Source: Methanobacteriota archaeon
GTDB taxonomy: Archaea > Undinarchaeota > Undinarchaeia > Undinarchaeales > Undinarchaeaceae
Direction of reading: 5' to 3'
Length of the DNA: 55,615 nt
Assembly: GCA_002687935.1 (NCBI GenBank)
Contig: NZBN01000010.1
Coordinates: 1-55,615 of the forward strand
Position 1 is the stretch's first letter, and every line of letters begins with the position of its first letter. Under the pieces are notes generated by a model. It was given only the letters and a program-made list of their open reading frames with translations. It was not told where the DNA came from and searched no databases. The translations under genes were made by a program, and so were the position numbers. Of the stretch, positions 26,993 to 36,139 are shown in pieces.

Positions 26993-27946
26993 ATGCGTAT
27001 AAAATCGAGGGACGGCGAGAGCCACAAAAATTACAAGTCATTGTGGCTGGACGGGCTGACTGTGAAGGTTATAGATCAGAGAAAACTTCCCTTTTCATTC
27101 AATATACTTGAATTGAAAACTGCAGGTGAAACGCTCTCTGCAATCAGAAATGGTTCTATACAAGGTTCAATTTCTGTGGCTGTTGCATCAGCCTATGCAG
27201 TTGCCCAGGCAGCTAGTGAGTTTGATGGTTCTGCTTATGAGCTGTTCAGACTATCTGTATATGGAAGTGCTGACATTCTAACAAATGAGCTGGACTGCCC
27301 TAATGTTTCTGTCTCTGTAGAACAAGTGCTTAAGTCTATTAAACATTTAGATTCTATAGAGCTTGCCAAAAAGGCGGCATTTGCGTCAGCAGAGGAAGTC
27401 TCGTCTAACTATATAGATGTGTGCAAACGCATCGGATTGCGGGGAGGAAATCTAATTACTACTGGTTCTAAAATTCTTATTCATTGCAATGGCGGAGCTC
27501 TTGGAAGTGTTGATTTCGGAACTTCTCTTGCACCTATCCGCTCTGCTAAGATCCTTGGCAGAAGTTTTCAGGTATATATTGATAAGGACTGTCCCGGTTC
27601 AAATTCATGGGAACTTTCCCAGGAAGGAATAAGTGTTGCTGCAATTCCTCCTCTTGAAACTGGGCATATTATGCGCTCAGGAGAAATAGATTTCTGCATG
27701 ATGGCGGCAGAAAAAGCTGACCTTAATGGGGATGTTTATTCTTCTCCTGGAACTTATGAGAAAGCAGTTCTTTCCAAGGAGCATTCAATTCCCTTCTATG
27801 TTGCACTTCCCCGTTCTTCTGTTGATACAAGCGGAAAAAAATTTCAAGAAGATTCAGGATTCGTTCCTTCTGAATACATTACTGCATATATAACTGAATA
27901 TGGAATGTTTAGACCTGGAAATTTCAAGGACTTAATGCAGGGCTAA
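26993..27946 (+). CDS. divergent MtnA/eIF-2B-family protein (methylthioribose-1-P isomerase-like)
   Basis: IDQRKLP, IHCNGGAL, YEKAVL..EHSIPFYVA.P, ITAYITEYG; several substrate-binding motifs are altered. Confidence 0.8.
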   Translation: MRIKSRDGESHKNYKSLWLDGLTVKVIDQRKLPFSFNILELKTAGETLSAIRNGSIQGSISVAVASAYAVAQAASEFDGSAYELFRLSVYGSADILTNELDCPNVSVSVEQVLKSIKHLDSIELAKKAAFASAEEVSSNYIDVCKRIGLRGGNLITTGSKILIHCNGGALGSVDFGTSLAPIRSAKILGRSFQVYIDKDCPGSNSWELSQEGISVAAIPPLETGHIMRSGEIDFCMMAAEKADLNGDVYSSPGTYEKAVLSKEHSIPFYVALPRSSVDTSGKKFQEDSGFVPSEYITAYITEYGMFRPGNFKDLMQG

Positions 27947-28335
27947 AACTCATATTGGTCAACACTTATACATGGATGTAGCTTTTCCTCGTATATTTGT
28001 ATGTACTCTTCAAAATCAATATTCCGAATACTTTTAAGACGCCTTTCTCGCTCCTTTAACAATTTGTTTAGATGTCTTTTCTTTTCTGAAAGCAGACGAT
28101 TCATTATTCTGTAGGCTGGAAGTGTTCTGTACATTCGCGGCTTCTCACCTTCGCTGGAGAGGAGCTTTCTTTCTTCGAGAGCTTTCAAAACTTGGTAGAC
28201 TTTTGTCAGCGGTATTCCTGAGAGCTCGCTGATGTCCTTTGCTGTCGTCTTTCTCTTGTTCAGAAGAACTACCATCGCCTTTGACTGATATTCTGTCAGA
28301 CCGAGTCTTTTCAGATATAGGATATTTTCCTCCAT
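27943..28335 (-). CDS. TrmB-family HTH transcriptional regulator (N-terminal domain only)
   Basis: LKRLGLTEYQSKAM..LL...TAKDISELSGIPLTKVYQVLKALEERKL...KPRMY. Start placed at the ATG at 28335. Confidence 0.88.
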   Translation of the reverse strand: MEENILYLKRLGLTEYQSKAMVVLLNKRKTTAKDISELSGIPLTKVYQVLKALEERKLLSSEGEKPRMYRTLPAYRIMNRLLSEKKRHLNKLLKERERRLKSIRNIDFEEYIQIYEEKLHPCISVDQYEF

Positions 28336-28408
28336 CTTACTTTTAGTGGGGGTGGGAAAATACATAAGCTCTTAGCGGGAAAATCCCTATTATATAATTA
28401 TAAGAACC

Positions 28409-28425
28409 TTCCCGATTCTCGGGAA
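28409..28425. promoter_or_regulatory. perfect 7-3-7 palindrome, candidate operator
   Basis: TTCCCGA-TTC-TCGGGAA lies between an AT-rich TATA region (28389-28403) and the start of the 1314-aa gene. Confidence 0.5.
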
Positions 28426-28464
28426 CTCGTAAACTATTTAAATACTCCAATATTAATCCCCTGC

Positions 28465-31400
28465 ATGGTGAGGATGGCACGTAGTGGTTTATTTGCAATA
28501 GTATCTTGTGTTACTGCGTTATTCTTTTTCGTAGCTCTATCAGGTCCAGTATTAGCTGGGGGTTGTATAGCCGGAGGAACTCCTATTCCATCGAGTAATG
28601 GAAATTGGACTGTTGTCAATGCAACAAGCTGTGGGAATGTCACAATTAATATTACTGGAAATGTCACAATTAACTCTGGCGGTTCTCTAACTCTTGAAAA
28701 CGTCACACTTCTTTTCAATGTTTCTAATGCTCACAACGCAACTTTAAAAATCCGAGACAATGGAAAACTCTATGCAAATAATACAACTGTAACTACTAAT
28801 GCTACAGGAGGAGGAATTGAAGTTCTTTTCCTAAAGGGCAGCACAGTTTCCATGAACAATTCGCTTGTCCGATATGTTAATGGAACTACTCACAGGGGTA
28901 AGGCAATAGGAACTTATCTCGAGGGAAGTAATAGTACATTAGAATTCAGGAATGTTGTGTTTAATAATTCTCATGCGGGACCTGCCGTCACCCTAAACGG
29001 AACGTCATCTCCTACACTTGTAAATCTTACACTGGATGACAACAAGTGGGGTTTCAATGTAACGAACTCAAGTTCAGTTACAATATATAATTCGACTATT
29101 TCAAACACAAGTAATGCAGATATTACTCTAGCAACAAATTCTAATGTTACACTTCTTGGAACGACGCACAATATCAGCAAAATCCCTGCCTTGTCTGGCT
29201 CAGCATCTTTGAATACAAGCTGGTATATTGAAGTCTATGTCGTTACTTCTCTGGCAAACGGAAACAAATACGAAATGGGAAGCGCTTCAGTTGAAGTCTT
29301 TGCAAATAATACAACTTCAGTAAAGAATGCAACTACCAATGCAAGCGGACTCACTTCTCCCACCTTCATATTGACTCACAGGATAAACTCATCTGGTGGG
29401 AACTATTCAAATAATCAGTACAATGTAACTGCGAATAAGACTGGTGGCGGAACTCTCAATAATACTCTATTCAACTTCAGTAATTCAAATCTAGTCGGTG
29501 CAAGCAATGTCACGGTTCAAATGTTCTGGCCTCTGCATATATTGAGTTTCGATTCAAATGTGACTTCTGTTTCAGTTCCTACACAAAGTTATGCATTCGT
29601 TAATTTGACTCTTAATAATACTGGAAATACTTGGGATAGAGTTGTTTTCAAGGACAATGCCAGTGAGGGTTGGTATTTCAACTTTACTTCTCCAAATAGT
29701 TCCTTCAGTAGTACTGACTATGGTCTGAATATGTCTAATTATGATAATGTTTCCTTCACTTTGCGTGTCGAAGTTCCGACAAACGCAACTCCGGGTAAAT
29801 CTTATTTAATTAATCTCTCTGCCAATTCTACAGGGAACAGTAGCAGAGGTCGCTGGAATGTCTCAAGTATAGTTCTAACTGTAAATATAAGCAATACTAC
29901 ATTAAACTGGGCAAATATGGTTCAGAACGGAACTGCACTTCTCCAGAAAAATATGGATACATCTTTGTTTGTCTGGAATGCCTCTAACTATACCACTGCT
30001 TGGGCACTTTGGGGAATGAATAACACACACAATGCAAATACTACAAGCATATCTCAGATTCTCAACAGGTTCAACAATTCTTCTAATGGTAGTGTTGCTT
30101 GGCTTGATTCAACATATGCTGCGCCAAATGTTACTACTGCTTTGACACTTATAGCACACAAGAAGTCAAGTCTTTCCAATACAGCCTATGCAAATCTGAC
30201 AGCAACTGTAAACTATCTCTCTTTAATAGTTAATGATACAAAAACTCTCCCTGAAACTGCCATAATTCTCTCGGCTATATATCAATCAGGAGTGAATACA
30301 AGCGATGACACAGTAAATGATGCATTCAACTGGTTGCGAGACCAGCAGATTAACAAAACTGCAGGACGGGGAAGCTGGAACAATGACACAATTAATACTT
30401 CCTGGGCTCTATATGCAATGGCATCACTTGGTAATACTTCTGACAACAGGACAGCTGCAAGGCGCTGGCTCCAGTCCAATCAAAGCATGGCTGGCTACTT
30501 CGGAGACGGAAATGGTCTTGTCAACATAACCGCAGTCGCTATATTGGCCCTTACAGAGGATAACACAAACACGTCATGGTTCGTGGACAATGACAGAAAC
30601 TTTTCTACATCAAATGACAGATTCTATAGAGGTTCCATCGAGCGCGGTCTTAACTATTTGGCAAGGAATAGTGTTTCCGGCTCGACTGGAGGCTGGAACA
30701 CTTCGACTGCAGGAGGGGATAACCTTCCAACTGCAATGGTTATTGCGGCTTTTTCAAGTGGGGCAAAATATGGGACTCTATCAGGTTATGTTAATGGAAC
30801 AGGAAATGCAAGTGGCTGGAACAATATCAGTGCAGCTATAGTGTCATTCAATACCAGCTCCGCAAACTACAGCGTTGCCACAAACAATGCCGGTTTCTTT
30901 ACCTTGAATCTTCCTGTAACAAAATACACTCCACTTGTTCACTATGATGCCTATATGACTAATTCAAGTGTCAATGAATTTACCCTTAATAACAGCCAAA
31001 CTTTCAACAGGAGTTTCGGAGCTCTTCCAAAAATAAATGTTTCAGGAGATAATGCAAACCCAAGCAATGGCATTTTCAACGCTACAACAGTTGATGCTGG
31101 TTCTCGAGTTAAGCTAAACGGTTCCGCAGTTTACGCTCACAGCGGTAAGAACTTTACTGGATCAATGTACTATGTTAGCGATAATTCCAATTCAATAAGT
31201 GCCAGCAATATAGCAACTGCGGCATCCACAAATTACACTGAGTATGTCTTCATAGCCCCATCTCCAAGTAGTCTCACAGCATATTCGGTTACTATGTGGG
31301 TTAATGACACATATGGAAGTAATGGCTCTATAACTCAGATAATTAATGTCCGCGCAGTTACAAGTGCTGCATCTTCTGGAGGCGGCGGCGGAGGCGGAGG

Positions 31401-32409
31401 CGGAGCAGCAAGTGACTACGCTCTCACTATTATTGAGTATGATAATCAGCTTACAATTGCACAGGGAGAAAGTCGCTCAACAGTTGTAAAGGTCAAGAAT
31501 TCAGGTATTCAGAGTCTTGAGGATGTTGCTCTTACTGTAACAGGAATACCAAGTTCCTGGTATGCAGTCACTGTCAGGAATTCAACACTATCAACTGAGG
31601 ATTTAAACGCAGGTGAAGTTGTGACTTATGATATTGCCTGGGACATCCCAAGCGACGCCGAAGCGAAAACACATGTTGCTACGTGGAAGGCTACAGATAA
31701 AGATTCAAAGGCTCTTGTTGAAAAATCCCTTGAACTAAAAATTTCCAAAGTATGGACAAATACTACTGTTGGTGATTTGAATGTTACCATAAATCACCTC
31801 AAACTCCGTATGGCAAATCTCACTCTGCTCATTTCTAAACTTGACAGGAAAGGAATAGATGTCACTTCATTAAATGCTGACCTCACGGCGCTAAACTCGA
31901 GCATACAGTCCTCTATACAGAAATACAATGCCGGAGACTATACAGACTCCGAACTTCTGGCAATCCAGGCAGGTCTCAAGGCTGACTCAATGGAGAAGGA
32001 AATAAATGAAGCTCTTGAACAGAAGGGAGCAGTCTTCAGAGCTCTGAAATCTATAGCAGTAGGTGGAAATCTTGGTTCAATACTTGCTGTCCTTATAGTT
32101 TCAGGATTTGCCGGTTTCATAATTTGGTTTAAATTCTTCAAACTGATTCGCATATCACACATAAAGGAAGAGCCATCTAAGTTCGCTGAAGGAACTCGAA
32201 TTGAGGGTGTAGTTAAGTCAATAACTGAAACTTCCAAGGGTAAGGTCTTCTTAATTTCAGACGGAACTGGAAAACTCCATGTACGCTATCCGTATTACAC
32301 GACAGTTGCCCAGGGAGATATGGTACGCTGTATTGGACTGGTGAAATCTTATAAGGATGTTCCATATATGGAAGCAACAGACCTCCACAAGGTTACAATA
32401 AAGCACTAA
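28465..32409 (+). CDS. 1314-aa multidomain cell-surface glycoprotein with C-terminal TM and cytoplasmic OB-fold
   Basis: Signal peptide; beta-helix repeats; Ig-like domains; helical repeats resembling prenyltransferase/alpha-alpha barrel (QINKTAGRGSW, QSMAGYF, STGGW); poly-Gly linker; CARDB-like domain; coiled coil; TM; OB-fold with ISDGTG; dense N-x-S/T sequons. Confidence 0.85.
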   Translation: MVRMARSGLFAIVSCVTALFFFVALSGPVLAGGCIAGGTPIPSSNGNWTVVNATSCGNVTINITGNVTINSGGSLTLENVTLLFNVSNAHNATLKIRDNGKLYANNTTVTTNATGGGIEVLFLKGSTVSMNNSLVRYVNGTTHRGKAIGTYLEGSNSTLEFRNVVFNNSHAGPAVTLNGTSSPTLVNLTLDDNKWGFNVTNSSSVTIYNSTISNTSNADITLATNSNVTLLGTTHNISKIPALSGSASLNTSWYIEVYVVTSLANGNKYEMGSASVEVFANNTTSVKNATTNASGLTSPTFILTHRINSSGGNYSNNQYNVTANKTGGGTLNNTLFNFSNSNLVGASNVTVQMFWPLHILSFDSNVTSVSVPTQSYAFVNLTLNNTGNTWDRVVFKDNASEGWYFNFTSPNSSFSSTDYGLNMSNYDNVSFTLRVEVPTNATPGKSYLINLSANSTGNSSRGRWNVSSIVLTVNISNTTLNWANMVQNGTALLQKNMDTSLFVWNASNYTTAWALWGMNNTHNANTTSISQILNRFNNSSNGSVAWLDSTYAAPNVTTALTLIAHKKSSLSNTAYANLTATVNYLSLIVNDTKTLPETAIILSAIYQSGVNTSDDTVNDAFNWLRDQQINKTAGRGSWNNDTINTSWALYAMASLGNTSDNRTAARRWLQSNQSMAGYFGDGNGLVNITAVAILALTEDNTNTSWFVDNDRNFSTSNDRFYRGSIERGLNYLARNSVSGSTGGWNTSTAGGDNLPTAMVIAAFSSGAKYGTLSGYVNGTGNASGWNNISAAIVSFNTSSANYSVATNNAGFFTLNLPVTKYTPLVHYDAYMTNSSVNEFTLNNSQTFNRSFGALPKINVSGDNANPSNGIFNATTVDAGSRVKLNGSAVYAHSGKNFTGSMYYVSDNSNSISASNIATAASTNYTEYVFIAPSPSSLTAYSVTMWVNDTYGSNGSITQIINVRAVTSAASSGGGGGGGGGAASDYALTIIEYDNQLTIAQGESRSTVVKVKNSGIQSLEDVALTVTGIPSSWYAVTVRNSTLSTEDLNAGEVVTYDIAWDIPSDAEAKTHVATWKATDKDSKALVEKSLELKISKVWTNTTVGDLNVTINHLKLRMANLTLLISKLDRKGIDVTSLNADLTALNSSIQSSIQKYNAGDYTDSELLAIQAGLKADSMEKEINEALEQKGAVFRALKSIAVGGNLGSILAVLIVSGFAGFIIWFKFFKLIRISHIKEEPSKFAEGTRIEGVVKSITETSKGKVFLISDGTGKLHVRYPYYTTVAQGDMVRCIGLVKSYKDVPYMEATDLHKVTIKH

Positions 32410-32411
32410 AT

Positions 32412-33176
32412 TTAGCTTCGAAGCTTATAGCCACGCTTGAACATTGTTACAACAGTAGCGAATAGCACAACTACGAATGCAAGAAGCACAAAGAAGCTTC
32501 CAAGAACACTCGTTTCTGACATCCCAATAAGTCCATAGCGGAATCCGCTTACCATATAGAAGAGGGGATTGAACATCGTTATTTGTTGGAATAGAGGAGG
32601 CAAAATACTTAGTGGATGGAACACTCCACCTAGAAATACGAGGGGTGTGAGAACAAATGCTTGGAATATTGCAAGGTGTTCAAAATCTTCTGCCATGATT
32701 GCAACTACAATTCCAAGGAGTGAAAACACTATTGTTATGAGTACCAGAAATATAAGTGTGTGAATGAAGCTGTACATCATAAACCCAGTGAAAATAGCTG
32801 AGACTAGGTAGACACCAATGGAAACAATAAGTCCTCTTACAACTCCTCCAATTGTTATGGCAATTACAATTTCCATATAGGATAGTGGCGCAGTAAGTAG
32901 ATCAGCTATATTTCCTGCCCACTTAGATATGAATATTGAAAATGAAGTGTTTGCATATGAGCTCTGAATAACACTCATCATTATTACTCCAGGTATTATG
33001 AATTCTAAATAACTAGTTCCTGCAAAACTTGGAACAAGCTTTCCAATTGAATAGCCAAATATGAAAAGGTACAGCAAGGCGCTAATCAGAGGAGTTACCA
33101 ATGTATCTCCGGCCATATTCATAAATCTCCTTATTTCTCTTCGTGCAAGAGCTCTAAGTCCTATAAAATTATTCAT
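32412..33176 (-). CDS. ABC-2 type exporter permease (YadH-like)
   Basis: REIRRF..., YLEFIIPGVIMM, LVFLGGVFHP, NPLFYMVSGFRYG. Confidence 0.92.
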   Translation of the reverse strand: MNNFIGLRALARREIRRFMNMAGDTLVTPLISALLYLFIFGYSIGKLVPSFAGTSYLEFIIPGVIMMSVIQSSYANTSFSIFISKWAGNIADLLTAPLSYMEIVIAITIGGVVRGLIVSIGVYLVSAIFTGFMMYSFIHTLIFLVLITIVFSLLGIVVAIMAEDFEHLAIFQAFVLTPLVFLGGVFHPLSILPPLFQQITMFNPLFYMVSGFRYGLIGMSETSVLGSFFVLLAFVVVLFATVVTMFKRGYKLRS

Positions 33177-34086
33177 TTCCTGTCAACCTCAAAAAGGCGT
33201 TTTCCAGCCTGTTCTCTGCTGTACGTATCTCTAGTATTTTTAGCCCCATCTTCTCAATTTCGTACAGAGCTTTTCCAACTTTACTGTAATCTCCATCGAT
33301 GTATATGCGCATCCTGTTCTTCTTCGCACTCACTCCAAGTTTTTTCAATGAAGAAGAAAGTTTTCCTATTGTCCCTGAAACCACAACAGTCACTTTCTGT
33401 GCACTCAGTTTGTCAATCAAATTTTTCGTTGTGTCTAACTCTATCAATTGGCCGTGGTCTATTATTCCAACTCTTTCACATAGTCTTTCAGCTTCCTCAA
33501 TATAATGCGTTGTTAGAAGTATGGTTTTCCCCTCTTTCACGAATTTTCTGAGGTCCTGCCACATTCCAACTCTTAGTTCAACGTCCAGTCCTGCGGTCGG
33601 TTCGTCAAGTATCAGTATGTCAGGGTCATGTACGAGAGCCTTTGCAATTGAAAGGCGCCTCTTCATACCTCCAGAAAGTTTTCGTATATCTACATCCCTT
33701 TTCGAAGCAAGGTCAAAATGTTCAAGTAGCTCTTCTGCTCGTTTTTGAGCCTCATATTTCTGAATTCCAAAGTAACCAGCCTGATAAGTCAATATTTCCT
33801 CAACACTCAGGAAGCGGTCGAGGGACATAAGATCCTGTTGGGACAGTCCTATTCGTTTTCTAGTTTCTCTATAGTTTTTAATAACATCCTGTCCGAAGAC
33901 ATTTACATTTCCGGAACTAATGTTAACAAGACCGGTTATCGCGTTTATGGTTGTTGTTTTCCCTGCCCCATTTGGTCCAAGAAGTCCGAAAAATTCCCCA
34001 TTCTTTATATCAAAACTTATCCTTTTGACAGCCTCCACACTATCGTAATTCTTCACTAAATTTTGTATGGATATTGCTGGTTTCAC
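33169..34086 (-). CDS. ABC-2 exporter ATP-binding protein
   Basis: GPNGAGKTT, LSGGMKRR, LDEPTAGLD, TTHYIEEAE. Confidence 0.95.
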   Translation of the reverse strand: MKPAISIQNLVKNYDSVEAVKRISFDIKNGEFFGLLGPNGAGKTTTINAITGLVNISSGNVNVFGQDVIKNYRETRKRIGLSQQDLMSLDRFLSVEEILTYQAGYFGIQKYEAQKRAEELLEHFDLASKRDVDIRKLSGGMKRRLSIAKALVHDPDILILDEPTAGLDVELRVGMWQDLRKFVKEGKTILLTTHYIEEAERLCERVGIIDHGQLIELDTTKNLIDKLSAQKVTVVVSGTIGKLSSSLKKLGVSAKKNRMRIYIDGDYSKVGKALYEIEKMGLKILEIRTAENRLENAFLRLTGNE

Positions 34087-34191
34087 GACCTTTATCTAAA
34101 CTCCTTCTTTATTTAAGCTTCTTATGCAGGGAAATCCTTTAATAGTCTTGACTTGATAAATTTAAAGCACCTTCAATTAGAAGTATATGGT

Positions 34192-34263
34192 GCGCCGATG
34201 GTCTAGTGGCTATGATTCGGCCTTGCCAAGGCCGCGACCCGGGTTCAAATCCCGGTCGGCGCA
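34192..34263 (+). tRNA. tRNA-Gly(GCC)
   Basis: GCGCCGA/TCGGCGC acceptor; CGGCC-TTGCCAA-GGCCG anticodon arm; GTTCAAATC T-loop. Confidence 0.96.
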
Positions 34264-34292
34264 TTTTTATATCCTACTACAATAAGTTACTT

Positions 34293-35105
34293 ATGGCAAA
34301 ACAAGAGTCAAGTGTCTACAGGAAAGTACTATTTCTGATAATAGCTGTTTTTTTCTTTGCCGTGGTTTTCAAAGTCATCATTGCCGAAGAATCTACATTG
34401 GAGTTTACAGGAGCAAATATATATCGGGCAGTATATGTGCAGCAGTTAATATCCCATGCCGGCTTTACAAGCAATCTTCAGATAGAGGGTAGTTGGCGCA
34501 GCACTGGAGAACAGTTTTCTGGCGAAGGTAGAATTCTTTCAGCTTCCAAGGGAGTTTTCACTATACTTTATGATGGTCGGCAGATTATGGTTGGAGGCCC
34601 TTCAACAGGGAGTGAGGATATTTCTGCCCGTGCTTTAAGAATTGTCGTACAAAATGAAGATGTTATCAGAGTCGGTATAGAGCCAAGTTCCAATACTGAT
34701 TTTAGTCTCTTTATGTCAGACCTAAGAAATATTCCTGTTCAAATCTCCGGCGAAAATCTAATGGAAACAAGTCTGCGTGGCTCTATATCTATTGATTCTA
34801 CCAATACTATGACTCCAACAATTGCCCAGGACCTGGAAAACATATTGGGCTTCGGTTCTTCCGTCACAATATATGATAAAGGACTTACAATTTCCTTGGA
34901 TGGGGTAATTTTTAACACACTGGATGGGGTTTCTACCTATTTCGATGAAAATAATATTTCTCTTTCAAGGGTTTCCAGTAGTAGGCTTGAACTTGATATA
35001 CGTACAATATCTGACTCCGGTCTTTCAGAATCTGAACTCTATGAGCTCGCGCCGGTTTCCTTCGACTATTATATGTTGAGAGTTATTGACGAGCCTCTGA
35101 AATGA
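34293..35105 (+). CDS. N-terminally anchored extracellular hypothetical protein
   Basis: Hydrophobic N-terminal helix followed by a beta-rich domain. The ORF-track start (34206) lies inside the tRNA, so the ATG at 34293 is used. Confidence 0.7.
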   Translation: MAKQESSVYRKVLFLIIAVFFFAVVFKVIIAEESTLEFTGANIYRAVYVQQLISHAGFTSNLQIEGSWRSTGEQFSGEGRILSASKGVFTILYDGRQIMVGGPSTGSEDISARALRIVVQNEDVIRVGIEPSSNTDFSLFMSDLRNIPVQISGENLMETSLRGSISIDSTNTMTPTIAQDLENILGFGSSVTIYDKGLTISLDGVIFNTLDGVSTYFDENNISLSRVSSSRLELDIRTISDSGLSESELYELAPVSFDYYMLRVIDEPLK

Positions 35106-36139
35106 AAAATAGCAAAGACTTATTGGAAATCGTTCTCAGACCAAGCGTTCTCCTTACGGTTTTTACTTTCATATTTTTTCTGTCTTCTTCACATTCAATT
35201 AGTATTATTTCCTTTAGTTTTGTAGTGCTATGCCTGCTTCTATTCTTCGCGGGTGAGTTGCTCGGAATCCGTTCCTTCACTCAAAGCTCTCCAAAAAAAG
35301 AATCTCCCAATCTTCTTAATATTGGGTATTGGATATATGCAGTGGCTCTGGCGTCTCTTCACCTGAATTTCTACGCATCTGGGGGAATACCACTTTTCCA
35401 GCCTGCAATAAGGCAGTTTATGAATCCCTTATTGACTACACTTTCCTTCCTTATTGTTCCTGCATCTCTTCTTATTTTTGTAGGCTACTCCAATTCTAAA
35501 AATTCAAAATTAAAGATGCTCTTAGTTTTCACTGCAACTCTGTTCTTCATCTCCTTTACAGGTTTTAGAACTGAAGTTATGGTATTCCTCTTTTCAACAT
35601 TGCTAGTTCTTCACTATACAAATATACTTTCAAGAAAACAGCTTTTACAACTTGGAATTTTTGCTCTCATCTTTTTCTTTGCTCTGACATTCATCCGAAC
35701 TGGTGGTTTTGACTCGAACAGAATAAGTTCAACAGTTTCTGCATACGACTTTGTCGTTTCCCAGTCAGGTCCGCTGGGACATACAAATGGCTTTGTCCAA
35801 TTTGCTGATTTCATAGATATGTTTTCAGACCTTCCAATTTATGGGGGTCGTACCCTGATATCGACACTTGTCGGGGTGAGAACTGGAGTTTCTACAACTT
35901 CTACTCTGTATGGGCCACCTTATGCCGATTTTGGCTTTATGGGCTCTTTCATCTTCCTCTTCTTTGGGTGGATTCTCGGATTCGGTTACAAGGCAGCTTC
36001 AAAAGGTAGTGTATATGCAATTTTACACAGTCTTGTGCTGGTTTTTCTCTTACTAGGAATAGAAACTGGAATAGTTGATCTCATAGTATGGCTCTATTTT
36101 ATTGCTGCCTTATCTTATTACAAATACAATGAAATCTAA
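35102..36139 (+). CDS. Wzy-like oligosaccharide repeat unit polymerase family protein 1
   Basis: About 9-10 TM segments; GGIPLF, GFRTE, TSTLYGPPYADFG motifs. Confidence 0.7.
   Translation: MKNSKDLLEIVLRPSVLLTVFTFIFFLSSSHSISIISFSFVVLCLLLFFAGELLGIRSFTQSSPKKESPNLLNIGYWIYAVALASLHLNFYASGGIPLFQPAIRQFMNPLLTTLSFLIVPASLLIFVGYSNSKNSKLKMLLVFTATLFFISFTGFRTEVMVFLFSTLLVLHYTNILSRKQLLQLGIFALIFFFALTFIRTGGFDSNRISSTVSAYDFVVSQSGPLGHTNGFVQFADFIDMFSDLPIYGGRTLISTLVGVRTGVSTTSTLYGPPYADFGFMGSFIFLFFGWILGFGYKAASKGSVYAILHSLVLVFLLLGIETGIVDLIVWLYFIAALSYYKYNEI

Noticed and set aside
31379-31404. Phase-variable microsatellite in the poly-Gly linker
   Set aside because: An imperfect in-frame GGC/GGA triplet run; slippage would change only linker length, and such linkers are common in archaeal surface proteins.
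34206-34292. N-terminal part of the 299-aa ORF
   Set aside because: It overlaps tRNA-Gly; the real start is more likely 34293.
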